Assembly (NCBI RefSeq): GCF_030144855.1
Contig: NC_082715.1
Span: 146,568,001-146,632,000, forward strand
Source: Hypanus sabinus
Taxonomy: Eukaryota
Direction of reading: 5' to 3'
DNA: 64,000 nucleotides
Shown piece by piece: positions 50,802-63,789 of this stretch (positions are counted from its first letter, which is position 1; each line of letters begins with the position of its first letter). The notes under the pieces are model-generated. The model did no database searches. It had not been told where the DNA came from and saw only the letters and a list, made by a program, of their open reading frames with translations. The position numbers and the translations under genes were made by a program.

Positions 50802-53511
50802 CAAGTGTCACCAAACCTTTTTGCACCGCGAACCAGTTTAATATTGACAATATTCTTGCGGACCGGCCGACGGGGCTGCGGGATGTCAATCACGACTGGA
50901 ATTTAGGTGATAAGTCAACTATAAGCCACTTATAAGTAACTAATACACTCAATTTCGTTTCTAAATGGGTTTATCTAACGAATTTAATATTAAACATACT
51001 GCGCATATTTTCCTCGCATGAATATAGTCGTAAGTCAATTATAACTCACTTATAAGTCAATAGCATCATAACATTTTAAGTAACGTTTGGATATTAAACT
51101 CAAACCGCATATTTTCCTTGTACGAGCATATAAAATCATTGCAACACACCATTTAGAGGACAAGGTACCGGGGCCACGGCAGTCGCTGTCCGGTTATCCG
51201 AGACCAAGCAGTGATCCCTGGCGCGAGAGTAACACTGAATTTAGGAGACTGATAACTTCGCGCTGGTAATGACCTCGCGTGCGTTCAAGTTCAACACTGG
51301 GCGTGACAGGCAATGAGGGAATCCGGGTGTGAATTCGGATGATGTTTTTGCAGAGAAATGTACTATGGATATGTGGACGATGTTTAGGGATCTCTTGCAG
51401 GATGCTAGGGATAAATTTGTCCCGGCGAGGAAGATAAAGAATGGTAGGATGAAGGAACTATGAGTGACAAGTGAGGTGAAGAATCTAATCAGATGGAGAA
51501 GGCAACATACGTAACGTTTAGAAAGCAAGGATCAGATGAGTCTATTGAGGAATATAGGGGAGCAAGAAGGGAGCTAAGAAAGGGCTGAGGAGAGCAAGAA
51601 GGGGGCCTGTGAAGGCCTTGGAGAGTAGGGCAATAGAAAACCCAAAGGCATTCTTCAATTATGTGAAGAACAAAACGTTGACAGGAGTGAAGATACGACC
51701 GATTAGAGATAAAAGTGGGAAGATGTGCCTGGAGGCTGTGGAGGTGAGCGAGGTCCTCAATGAATACTTCTCTTCGGAATTCACCAATGAGAGGGAACTT
51801 GATGACGGCGAGGACAATATGAGTGAGGTTGATGTTCTGGAGCATGTTGATATTAAGGGAGAAGAGGTGTTTTGAGTTGTTAAAATACATTAGGACGGAT
51901 AAGTCCCCGGGGCTTGACGGAATATTCCCCAGGCTGCTCCACGAGGCGAGGGAAGATATTGCAGAGCCTCTGGCTAGGATCTTCATGTCCTCGTTGTCCA
52001 CGGGAATGGTATCGGAGGATTGGAGGGAGGTGAAAGTTCTCTTCTTGTTCAAAAAAGGTAGCAGGGATAGTCCAGGTAATTATAGACCAGTGAGTCTTAC
52101 GTCTGTGGTGGGAAAGCTGTTGGAAAAGATTCTTAGAGATAGGATCTATGGGCATTTAGAGAACCATGTTCTGATCAGGGACAGTCAACATGGCTTTGTG
52201 AAGGGCAGATCGTGTCTAACAAGCCTGACAGAATTCTTTGAGGATGTGACCAGGCATATAGATGAAGGTAGTGCAGTGGATGTGATTTACATGGATTTTA
52301 GTAAGGCATTTGACAAGATTCCACACGGTAGGTTTATTCAGAAAGTCAAAAGGCATGGGATCCAGGGAAGTTTGGCCAGGTGAATTCAGAATTGGCTTGC
52401 CTGCAGAAAACAGAGCGTCATGGTGGAGGGAGCACATTCGTATTGAAGGGTTGTGGCTAGTGGTGTCCCACAAGGATCTGTTCTGGGATCTCTACTTTTC
52501 GTGATTTTTATCAACGACCTGGATGTGGAGGTAGAAGACTGGGTTGGCAAGTTTGCAGACGACACAAAAGTTGGTGGTGCTGTGAATAGTGTTGAGGATT
52601 GTCGAAGATTGCAGAGAGACATTGATAGGATGCAGGTGGGCTGAGAAGTGGCAGATGGATTTCAACCCGGAGAAGTGTAAGGTGGTACACTTCAGAAAGA
52701 CAAACTCCAAGGCAAAGTACAAAGAAAATGGCAGGATGCTTGGCAGTGTGGAGGAGCAGAGGGATCTGGGAGTACATGGCCACAGATCCCTGAAAGGAGA
52801 CAGGGTAGTGAAAAAAGTTTATGGAGTTTTAGCTTTCATAAGTCGAGGGATAGAGTTTAAGATGCAATGATGCAGCTCTATTAAACTCAGGTTAGGCCAC
52901 ACTTGGAGTACTGTGCCCAGTTCTGGTCGCCTCACTATAGGAAGGATGTGAAAGCATTGGAAAGAGTAGAGAGGAGATTTACCAGGATGCTGCCTGGTTT
53001 AATGAGTATGGATTATGATCAGAGATTAAGGGTGCTAGGGCTTTACTGTTTGGAGAGAAGGAGGATGAGAGGAGACATAATAGGGGTGTACAAGATATTA
53101 AGAAGAATAGATAGAGTGGATAGCCAGCGCCTCTTCCTCAGGGCAACACTGCTCAGTACAAGAGGACGTGGCTTTAAGTTAAGGGGAGGGAAGTTCAAGG
53201 AGGATATTCGAGGAAGGTTTTTCACTCAGAGAGTGATTGGTGCGTGGAATGCACTGCCTGAGTCAGTGCTGGAGACAGCTACGCTGGTGAAGTTCAAGAG
53301 AATACTAGACAGGTATATGGAGGAATTTAAGGTGGCGGGTTATATGGGAGGCAGGGTTTGAGGGTCGACACAATATTGTGGGCCGAAGGGCCTGTAATGT
53401 GCTGCACTATTCTATGTTCTATATCGCCAAATCATATCGCTTCCTCGCGGCCAGGTAGCAGATGCTTTGCGGCCCCCTATCAGTCCGCCGCCCGGTGATT
53501 GGGGACCACTG
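50802..53511. mobile_element. hAT-type non-autonomous element with a nested CR1
   Basis: Imperfect TIRs CAAGTGTCACCAAACC / reverse complement of CAGTGGTCCCCAATCA; TAAGG duplicated at both ends; empty site near 36245. Confidence 0.75.
51325..53425 (+). mobile_element. CR1 LINE, 5'-truncated, RT in broken ORFs
   Basis: SQHGFVKGRSCLT, KFADDTKVGG, YCAQFWSPHYRKD; TTCTATG tail. Confidence 0.93.
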
Positions 53512-54149
53512 CTAAGGTGACGCGCCTATATAATGACAACAGCAAGACTTAAGGAGGCCGTCATACTGCCACCCATTTCATCCACATATCTCAGTCTATC
53601 GTCGCCAGTTCAATAACTCTCTATATGGCACATCATTGTGTGTCTGTCTGCACATGTGTGTACGCTTGTATGCGGGTGCGTTAATCATCTAATCAGTATT
53701 CGATTTTTTAAAGAATATCACGCATCCTTCATTGCTGCTTTTTTGCATCAAGACAAATTTCTAAAAATAGGTTTATATGATACTTTTGCTTTATTCTGCA
53801 CGTGAGATAACAGCTATGAAAATATATTTCATATCAGACTGGATCTTTAATGTTATTGCACAGTTCTGATCGAAATCGTCAGCTGTAGGCAAGAATAAAG
53901 AATGCAATCTTCAGACTACCGTCATTGGATGAACATTTGGAGATTAATTTAACTGAGATTAATTAACGTTGGAGTATCAATTAACCATGGTCCCGATTAA
54001 ATGGAATGACGTTTAAAACTGACAAAACTTAAGAGACGAACTTTCACCGTAAATACTTAACTGCAAAAGAATAATGTTTCAAAATAATTTTATTGAAAAA
54101 ATGCCGGATAAAATAAGCTTTTCATCTTGATTAAGTTTGAAATCTAGTT

Positions 54150-54230
54150 TTAGATACACCTGGATCTCTCGATCGTTGCTACAAAAAGGGTTGGCTGGCG
54201 TCTCATGTTTAACCACACAGGAGTAAAGTT
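54150..54230 (-). pseudogene. IGLC: Lambda C remnant, unit 4 (last ~27 codons only, +1 frameshift)
   Basis: LYSCVVKHETPANP / VATIERSRCI*; fused directly to intron sequence matching 37284 onward; acceptor and 5' three-quarters deleted; 3' UTR paralogous to 36300-36885. Confidence 0.9.
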
Positions 54231-55017
54231 CATTTGGTATTGCACGTATCCATTTATTTTAATGATTAAGAATTTCTCTTCCGCTTTTCATTTCAGGATG
54301 TCAAATTGGACTCGTGAAAAATTTGCAAACTGAAATCTCCGACGACTAATTGGTGTTCGTGACGCTGGGATATAATACGTGCAGTGGCCCTTAGCATTAA
54401 GCGACCGCAGATTGGATACTCTTGGTTAGTATATTTTATGCATTTTAGCCATCGGAATACAGAGTTCCGGTTGCGGCAACATTAAATTTAGAGGCTGCCT
54501 GTATTTTGAATCACTCTTTCATCTTTGTTTCTGAAATATTAATTTATGCTCATGATTAATAATGTTTCTTCATCTTTGCATGTTCATTATTTTTGAGGAG
54601 CCTTCCAGGGCCCAGTGATCAGTGGCTAGCAGATACCTTATGGCTTATGAGGGGCAACAACACAAATTGGTGTCTTCAGTAAAGGTGCGTCCACCCACAA
54701 GTGATAGGTGCAATCAAAATTCGGGAAATAATTCAGGATTATATTTATTTAATAATCATCAGACTAATTCTTCATCTAGATTGTCAAATGTTCATCTACT
54801 GCAAAGCCAGCACATTTTTTTAAACTAGAGGGGCAGTTAGTGTTCCGGGTGCGCGAGATCAACTAATTTGCCAAAGGACCGTTAATGACGGTTGAATATT
54901 TGATAAGTACTACCTTTCAAAACAGTTGATTTGAAACAACTATTAGACGACACCGCGCTAATTGTTGTTCACGTAAGTACCAAGAAGCCAAGCGCATTGA
55001 GTTGTTATCATACTTAC

Positions 55018-55362
55018 TGTTAACAGCCAGCCTCGTTCCTTTGCCGAAGAATAAATCACCTTTCCACAAGGCACAGTAATAGTCTGCCGCGTCCTCCGAC
55101 TGGACGCACGATATTGTCAATGTTGCCGTGTCGCCTGATACTGAGCCGCCGAAACGGTTCGGAATTCCAGAATCTCTGTAAATGTTACTCCACGACCAAT
55201 GGCAGATCAGAAAGCGGGGTATTTTTCTGGGAATCTGCTGGTCTTGGGAAACAGCGCTATCTGCTAAAGGGGTGCCAGACAAGGTGCATAGTATTTCAGC
55301 ATTCTGTCCTGGAGACGTGGATTTCGAAGGAGGCTGATAGAATGAAACTTCGGCGTTGATAT
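55018..55362 (-). pseudogene. IGLV: Germline-joined VJ exon, unit 4 (V3): open frame but conserved Trp replaced by Gln
   Basis: EVSFYQPP..CTLSGTPLADSAVSQDQQ..ICHWSW..ISCVQ..YYCALWKGDLFFGKGTRLAVN; both splice sites intact; TGG changed to CAA. Confidence 0.92.
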
Positions 55363-55478
55363 CTGGAAACATTCAGCGGGAAGAAACAATGTACCAAGAC
55401 TAAACTTCGAGGAATACCAAAGTGCGAGAAAAATAACATTAAATGGTATTCAAGATTCAAAGTTTAAAAAATACTCAC

Positions 55479-55527
55479 AAATTGCGGTAATCACCAACGT
55501 ACTGAGGACACGAACCCAGTAAAACTT
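55479..55527 (-). pseudogene. IGLV: Leader exon of unit 4 with start codon mutated (ATG to AAG)
   Basis: AAG TTT TAC TGG GTT CGT GTC CTC... then T|GTGAGT. Octamer intact at 55637-44; TATA altered to TTGTAAAT. Confidence 0.9.
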
Positions 55528-56229
55528 TGTAATTAAATGAGTGAAGCTCACACAAGCTGCTATGTTGACCTGTCGTCTCAACTTTTCAGCTCGCTTGTAA
55601 ATCCTCTGACGAGGAGGAACTGCGTGTTCCTGATTTATGCAAATCAGTTACAAATCAGACGCCAATCACAAGTTGCCAACATGTGTTAAATTATTTTCAA
55701 GTTGTTACCCAGATGAGGATTTGCTTTCGAATTGTGCACTTTCACGTGCAGAACTTGCCCTCTTGTCCCTTCAGTTTAAAAGACGCGAAAATTCGTAGCT
55801 CCCAACACGATTAATGCCGGTATATCTGAGATTTTTTAATGCAAAGGATGAAGAAATAATTCACTGGCAATTATTGACCGATTTGTAGAGTTGTGAGTAA
55901 ATTCCAAACATCTTGTCTGTGTGTTTTTAGAAAAATCGCTGCGAAACCGATGTAATGGGTTTGCAACAATTTTGGAAAGCATGTTTACCAGCAGCACCCT
56001 AATTACTCACTTTACTGAAGAAATTCAGAAAGGAAATTGAGAAACGTATTCAATCGACCAGAGAGCTTATAGCCTATTATGAATTATTAAAAGTGAATCG
56101 ATTTATTCGGCTGGTGCCGAGGGTGGTTCATTATAAATTCTGCCTACCTTAGGTCAATGAGCAGAATTAAATTTACATGTATGCACAGTTGCATTATACC
56201 AGGGGCATGTATATACTGGATGGCGGGGT

Positions 56230-56505
56230 GGAGATACGTCTCGACTAGATGAGGTGTAAGGCGCTCCTTCCATCCGCTAGCATGGAGGTCACCCTTGGAC
56301 AAGGTGTAGCACCTCATGGCCCCTTGACCAAGGCACACGAAGACGTTGGGGCAGGTGCTGGATGGTCGTATGTGCAGCTGGTGCATATCACAAGTCCCGG
56401 ATATGCGAGCACTGCTGTCTCTGAAGAGTATTCATAATGGCTGGAGTCATCCGCCTTGTAAAAACACTGCCCAGAAGAAGGCAATGGCAAATCACCTTTG
56501 CAGAT
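56230..56505 (+). mobile_element. RTE-tail SINE-like repeat (unit 4 copy, 3'-interrupted)
   Basis: Paralog of 1461-1808. Confidence 0.6.
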
Positions 56506-57812
56506 ATTGCCCTAGTCGCTGGAGTTATAAGATTGGTGCTCCTTCGGCTCCAGGCATTTCCTCTACAGGGTATTAAATGCAGGGGAATTCGCACTAAATT
56601 CTATCAATAAGAAGCTGCGGAACAAATCGAACAATATCAAACTACTTTTGTTTTTAATTACTATGTTTTCACTGATATTTATTCAACAGAGAGCACTATC
56701 GTCTGCTGCTATGTGTGGCGGTTAAAACCGCATCTCGAAATAGTTATCCGATTGATGTCCTTAAACAGGGCAAATAGAGGCACCTGCGCTTAAGCTCTGT
56801 TTCCAAAATTCTTCTCCCCAGGACTTCTGCAATGTCTTCAGTGATATCATTGTGTTCCCTTGAACATAAACTGACAAAACTGCAGTTGAAATTATTATGT
56901 AAGAATAAGCTGCATGGATATACCATCGCATCTATCGTCTCCCAATTACCAAAGAGCAATGTCACTGCAGATCTCGTCACATTCAAAGTTTTCCTAACAT
57001 TAACTGGGAAAATTAGAGATTTGTCTCTGATTGCTTGGGTGAAGGCAACACCTACAACAATCGCATTGTCCATTTACATTCAAGAAATGTATCCACTTCA
57101 TTGACACTCCGTCCCGTTCTAAATATTCACTCACTCCGAGTTATAATGAACTGTGACTGTATTCCTTTCCATTTAGAAAATACAATACAATTATTTGCCT
57201 GAAACATTCGCACAATGCCGAAACTAATAATCAGTGTAAGGGAAGAAGGCGCATGGAGAACTCGACTGCATTCAAGTTATATTAGTTACAGACTACGCTG
57301 AATTGGAGATATATTTCAACACTTTGCAGCTGCTGAGCCTACGTTTTGGTAATCTCTTTCCAATAACACTGTGGAAATCATATCGTCAAAATACTACAAT
57401 GATTACAAAAATACAGGACGCTCACCTGCATAGTTCGAATGAGAATGAAAGATGTATAAAAAAAATAGATACCTTCCGACAATAGTGATGAAAATCTGAT
57501 GCATTGTTCGATGCTATGTCTCATTTTGCTTGGAAGAATTTCGAAAAGACAACGTATTTTTTGGTAAATTTTAACGAGTTGTAGGGGAAAAAAGAATGCT
57601 GTGCTAGTAGAAACGGGTTTTGAACGAGGTTAAGTGAATCTTTCAGATTTACAACTAGAAACAGAGGATGGAAACATAGAAATTTAACGCTAGCCCACTA
57701 CTCCGTCGCGGAATGGCTTTATCCATTGCTTTAATGTAATTGTAAGTGTTAACATTATGACGGTTGTGAACCAAGAGATGGAACAGAGACAGAAAGAGAG
57801 AGCAAACGAGAA

Positions 57813-58012
57813 NNNNNNNNNNNNNNNNNNNNNNNNNNNNNNNNNNNNNNNNNNNNNNNNNNNNNNNNNNNNNNNNNNNNNNNNNNNNNNNNNNNNNNNN
57901 NNNNNNNNNNNNNNNNNNNNNNNNNNNNNNNNNNNNNNNNNNNNNNNNNNNNNNNNNNNNNNNNNNNNNNNNNNNNNNNNNNNNNNNNNNNNNNNNNNNN
58001 NNNNNNNNNNNN
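57813..58012. other. Assembly gap (200 N)
   Basis: Exactly 200 N. Confidence 0.99.
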
Positions 58013-59089
58013 TCACATTGTAAAGAATTGCTTTGAAAAGAGGAGAGGGAGAGTTTTAAAGCGTTAAAAAGAGAGGGCGTGATGTTAACTTGCATAGATG
58101 GTCAGGATACTGCATTAGGTAGGAATAGAATTTGCTTGTTATCAAATCAATAACTTACTGGAGTTGAAAGATTAAATGATTCCAAACTTTTGAAAACAAT
58201 TACGATTGTGCAGTTAAGTATGGATTTATAATTCCATGGTAGGGTAGATGTGCCACTGCAGCTGAAGATCAGGAATAACGGGTGATTAATGTGTCCGAAG
58301 CAATGAGTGTGGTGTGCTGGTGCCCAAATGAGTACAGTCGGATTACCCAGAATAGAGTTACCAGGAGAGCCGGGCCGAGAAGCAATCGGTCCCGGATGTT
58401 ATGTAGTAGTGCAGTTTCAGTTAAAGCTCAAGAAACAGAAGGACGTGACCTTGAATAAGTCAAACATGCAGACGTGATGCAGAATTTTTAAGCCATTAAC
58501 CTGTCCAATACATATGAAGATTTCCCCTGCTCCATATCAAAGAGATAAAAGGCTAAAGAACTGATTGATGATCTGAGAAATGAAACATTGTAGTAAAAAA
58601 AATCGTTTAAAGGCTGATTTATTTATTTAATTTTAGTATGGGGGCTCCTGGAGCAAAGCTCCCATGGTTTAGCCACCAACGCTGTCCTAAGGAAAGTAGT
58701 GTTGAGCTACATAGACGAAGTGCTGCCAAAACCCATCAGTAACGTCGTTCCAATATTTAGATCCAAAACTAATGATAAAATAATTGTAAACTGCTAAATC
58801 CGAACGGCTTATGTTTGGAGGTACTCTGTGGTTGATAGGAACCTTTCCTCTGTTAGAACGGGCGCAACTCATCGAAAGCACCCAGACTTTGAACAACATT
58901 TAAAATCCTTAAGACAGAGTGTCATACGATACAGAAGGGAAATTGACGACCTACCACAGACTTGTTTCGGAACCTACAACGTATTAATAATCTGAGTTCT
59001 TAGCAGGACAACTCCAAAATGTTATGAAGCTATCTACATCCACTATCTGCTTGGGCAACGCGTTCCAGATTTCAAATGCCCTCACAGAG

Positions 59090-60370
59090 AGAGAATTCCT
59101 CCGGAGATCCTAAGGAATTAAAAGGATATTTCGCGGGAAACGAGGATCTAAATTATCGGGAAATATTGAATGAGTTAGGACTTTGTTCCCTGGAGCATAG
59201 GGAAATGAGGAGGGATTTTACCATGGTGTACAATATTATGAGGGGTAGAGATAAGTAAACACATGGAGGTTTTCCCGCTGAAATTAGGTGACACTAGAAG
59301 CCCTCGGTTTGGGGTGAAAGGTGAAATGTTTAAATAGAATCTGAAAGGCACCTGCTCCCAAAATTGGTACCATTATAAAGCCATTTTCACTCAATTTTGA
59401 TTCAATCCATACGACACGGTGTCATGAAAATGCTGAGAGCACCGATACAATGAAGTTTCGAAGACCGGAAAATATCCTGTCTGTACGAGTGAAGACCCAG
59501 TCCAGATCTGGTTGTGCCTTAGGTGTTTATGTTGGCATTAATATTAGTAAGTTTGTTAATATCAGGACATCAGTTTGGATTTACCAAGGTGCAGAATAAT
59601 ACTGACAATTTCTAAGTTGAACAAAAACAGAGATGGAGTTTCGTTCTCATAAGTACGAGATGCCGTGTCATGGGTTGTCAAATAAGAGAAGGCTGTGCAC
59701 GATGAATGGTAGACCTCCGGTTACTGAGAAACAAATGAACCTTGGTGTAAAACTTCAAAGATCTTTGGAAGTAACAGGATGGATATAAGGTGCTGAAGAA
59801 GGCTCTTGCGCCGCCAGCCTTTATTAATAGTATCGTGCAAACCGATCGTTAAGACAACAGCTAGAACATTCGGCGCTCTCTGGTCACCAGAGTACAGAAA
59901 GGACGTGACTGCACTGGCGAAGTGGCATAGGAGACACGTGGGAATGTGACTGAGGATGGAATCTTTTAGTTATGAGGCTGGGAATCGATAGGGTGATGTT
60001 GCTTTCCTTAGAGCAGATGAGGCTGTGGACGGACATATTCGAGGTACGCAAAATTATAGTCGATAATCAGGTACGTTTGCGCTTCGCATAGGCGTCTGCG
60101 GCGAGAGGGCACCAGTTTAAGATGATCGATTACAGGTTTAGAGTGGAGAGAGACATGAAGTCATATGTCACTACATCAATGAAACTGGTTTTTCGACACA
60201 TCCAGTCAATGCTGACCTGTTTCTCTGCCGAGTTCCATCGGCCCTCATCCGGATTATAGCCTGCCATACCTTTCCAATCCGTGTACCTGTCCAAACTTCT
60301 GTTAAACGTTGCAGTTGAAACCGCTCTGCTGGTAACTCATTCCATACGCGCACTAGCCAATTTACCATGG
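59090..60370. mobile_element. Cluster of decayed CR1 fragments, both orientations
   Basis: LNELGLCSLEHREMRRDF motif on the plus strand; reversed CR1 3' end at about 60180-60370. Confidence 0.6.
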
Positions 60371-60419
60371 GTTTCAGCAATGTAAAGGAAGTCTCATCGG
60401 AAGCAGCGACCCCAAAAGA

Positions 60420-60870
60420 TTCCCAGGTGAAGTGTTGCCTCGCCTGGATCGATGTTTGGGTCCCTGAATGGAGCTGAGGGAGGAGCTGAAATGGCAGGTT
60501 TGGCCGATTGCAGTGATAAGAACCGGGAGGGAGATTAGTGAACAAGGGAATCACGGAGAGAGTGATCCCTGCATAAAGCCGATGGCAGGGGTAAAGATAT
60601 GTTTGGTGGTAGGATCACCTTGGAGATGGCAGAAGTTGCAGATAATGCTGTGATGGATGTGGTGGCTTATGGGGTGGTAGGCATGGACAAGAGGAACTCC
60701 ATCATTCTTAAGGCGGTGGGAAGGTGGAGTGAGCGTGGATGTTCAGGAAATGAGGAGATGCGCATGAGAACAGCATCAATGGTGGAGGAAGGGAAACACT
60801 GTCTTTGAAGGAGGGCATCTCTGATTTCTTCGATAGGAAAGCTGTATCCTGGGAACTCTTGCATCACTGA
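60420..60870 (-). mobile_element. Penelope-like retroelement ORF fragment (RT to GIY-YIG linker)
   Basis: FPSSTIDAVLMRISS motif and downstream similarity to the PLE LVL-YHP-type segment. Confidence 0.7.
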
Positions 60871-61829
60871 CCTAATATGGTCAATGAATTAAGGTCAGTA
60901 GAGTACACTGAAAACAATGACTGTGTCGTACAACCTCTTCAATGCATTAGGTTTATTAATAACAGACATAGGTTATTCCAGACTTAAAAGGCTGAAACCC
61001 CTTGTTTAATATAGAGATTGAGATTCCTGTATAAAGTCGTAGTTTCACGCAGAAGTAATATTTTCCCTTACCCCACTCGTACCTCTTTGTCAGAGAAAAA
61101 AATCGTACAAAATACCCATTCTATTCTTCATCCATCTAAGCACCATCAGCTCGCCTCGACTGGAGTTGATCAATGCATCCCATCAGTGTTTCTCTGGCAA
61201 GCCCAAGTTCCCCCTTGGAGCACCTAAGACCACATGTGAGTTATTATATCCTGTTGAAAAGTGTGACGCTGGAAAATACTCACAGTGAATGCCATGATCT
61301 GAGAGCATTATAACTGTACCGTTCGCTACACCATACCGTTGTCATGCTCTTGAATAGAATATTTCATTCGCACCTGCTGTTCCATACCGACTTGCATATT
61401 GTAAGAAGGGACGAATGCTTGGGCCGCCATATGACCATATAAAGAGCCGCTTAAGCTTCATTCCTACAGACAGTTTCCTTTAGTAAAGTAGGTATCCATG
61501 GGAGAAGACTGTATTTCTCCACACAGCAACTGGAAATGATAAGCTACTTGGAGAGTTGTACCGTGCAGTTACGTTGACTCTGCTGTCAGTCGGTCGAGTC
61601 AGTCCCTACTTCCTGATTATATATGAATGCGTCCTCCTTTATTAACCCTTCTCAATCGCCTACTTTGACCACTACTCCAGAATGCCCAGCAGATGTGAAT
61701 AGAGCTTAATTAAAAAGAAATCTTTTGCATAGGTTTCCACATCAGCGAAGTTCTGCAGACTGAAGTTACGACGAAAGTAAAGGCTTTCAAATCTTTCGTG
61801 TCCATGACACAACCATGTAGATAATGTCT

Positions 61830-62687
61830 ATACCTTTCTCAACCTTTTTGCCCTGAGGAACCCATGAAATATTTTTCATGTCTCAGTGCACCTAAACATA
61901 AAAAATAATATATCTACAGCTAGTGTGATTAGTACGTTGTAGATATAATAATCAAAAATAATTGTCAATGCAATTTTGAGTAGACAATGATTTTTTTAGC
62001 CAAACTTTAGCAAAAATAGGACAACTTGGATCATGGTCTACGGTCTATGTAAAACCCATTGATAAGTAGCTTTCATTGCAAAGACGGACTGTATAAGAAG
62101 ACTGGCATAATAAATATCTAAACGAGTAAACCTCAAGAAAATCCGAAAACTTCACAATACAATTCACTTCTAACCTACACAATTCAGCTCTTGCAACGGT
62201 TACAACAACAGCACAGCGGAGGGCCACTAGCTGAGTCGCGGCGCAATAAAACTTCCTTCTTTAGAATGAAAATTTCCCTCCATTTTTCCACTAAACTGGT
62301 AGTATGTTCTCTCCCATAAGCGAGTCGGCGGGGTGTAAGTCGAAGTTGGGGGAGGTAATTCGGGAGGGAATGGCTGATGTCACAACCCAATTTGGGTGAG
62401 TCCATTCAATGCTCGGGAAGCGCACTTCATGCTCGACATCCTACGTCCTCCCCTCCGTGCTCACCAATTATCAACGTGTTCCTCTATCCCGCGTCAAAAA
62501 CTGAGAATGAACTCAACCAAATATACACGGTCCTACTGAGCACTGGCATACTGGCCTGCGAGTGCTAACAGGGCTGCATTGTCACTGCCCACCACTGTGA
62601 TTGCTAACATCGCGCGTTGCGTGATGATCAAAAAACGATGTTTATTTTAATCGCGACCTCTCGCGGAACCCCGGTTGAGAAACCCCG
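61830..62687 (-). mobile_element. hAT (Charlie-type) internally deleted transposon
   Basis: TIR core TTTCTCAACC at both ends; transposase N-terminal motif RLCNESYLSMGFT (62045-62090); matching TSD not found on the left. Confidence 0.75.
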
Positions 62688-62760
62688 TCCTAAACTGTCG
62701 CCAGACATGCTGCTGAGTATTCCGAAGGCGGATGACTTACTGTAATTTCTGTGTTTATAT
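62688..62760 (-). pseudogene. IGLV: V FR1 stub, unit 5 (V4), cut by the hAT element
   Basis: Acceptor CTTCCAG|AT ATA AAC ACA GAA ATT; reads INTEITVSHPPSEYSAACLATV*; rest of V not found. Confidence 0.8.
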
Positions 62761-62886
62761 CTGGAAGCGTTTGGGGACGAAGCAGAATAGTGAGGAAAAT
62801 ATTAGAGCAATAGAAATGCGAGAAAAAAATATAATACCAGTAGCTCACGGGATTAAGTCTAATGCCAGTGAAAGTAAAATATTCAC

Positions 62887-62935
62887 ATACTGCACAATAC
62901 ACCAACGCACTGACGACACGGACCCGGAAAGACAT
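62887..62935 (-). pseudogene. IGLV: Leader exon of unit 5 (MSFRVRVVSALVYCAV + 1 nt)
   Basis: 49 nt, donor GTGAAT; upstream octamer has one mismatch (TTGCAAAT, 63009-16). Confidence 0.85.
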
Positions 62936-63789
62936 TGTCATTAATTGAGTAGAGCTCACACAGGGCGGAAGGTGAAGTGGGTTCTCAAGTTTATCTCTAA
63001 CTTTCTCTTTGCAAATCAGTCGAATCAGAATACACCATGACACCAATCAGAAATAACCAGATTCTCCCTGTACTTCAATTATTTCCAAGCTGTCAGCTGT
63101 CAGGGTTTGGTTTCGAGCGGCGTATGTCTGCATGTTTCAATTCGCTCCATTCATTAGTTGTTTTAAAATTTATTTAACCTCTTTCTCTAAGGCTTCACTG
63201 CGTACATATACCACCAGACGTTCACTGGATAAACTCATCGTAATGTCCAGCAACTGTTAAAAATAATGAAAAGCGAAGAGAAGAATTCCAGCTGGAGATT
63301 ATTCTAGAAATGTTGAAGAACTTGATCTCCTTTCCGGCATCATTCTGCGTGCGACTCATTCTCCTGTCCCATTAGTTATAAACAATAATAGAAACACGCG
63401 AAGATTCTTTTTTCCCATAGATGGTGTTCATTGAAGATCTATCGGATATTTCTAAAAGCACCAGACACATTTGCTGCAAATTAATTAAGAGCCTGTAGGT
63501 TCAGGATTCGTTCCCGACCATTTTCTGTCAGCACTTTCGGCTGACGTATCCACCGATTTTCACCGTGCCTTTGGAAAGCGTGGTTGTTTTAATGACGATA
63601 GTAGCACCTGAATTTGGATCAATGCAATTTATTTTGCTACTGGAATGACCTTAGTCCCAAAGAGAATTGAGAAATGTGTTTAAAACGCACTCTTATGTTT
63701 TCACAATGGAATCAAATCAAAACAATGCACCACAAATCTGATTATTTGGGAGCAGCCCGATAGCTATTTTCGTAATCACTCTGTGTCTT

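Noticed and set aside
61270-61320. CACAGTG heptamer, also resembling the leader donor GAAAATACTCAC
   Set aside because: No nonamer at 12 or 23 bp and no further leader or V similarity.
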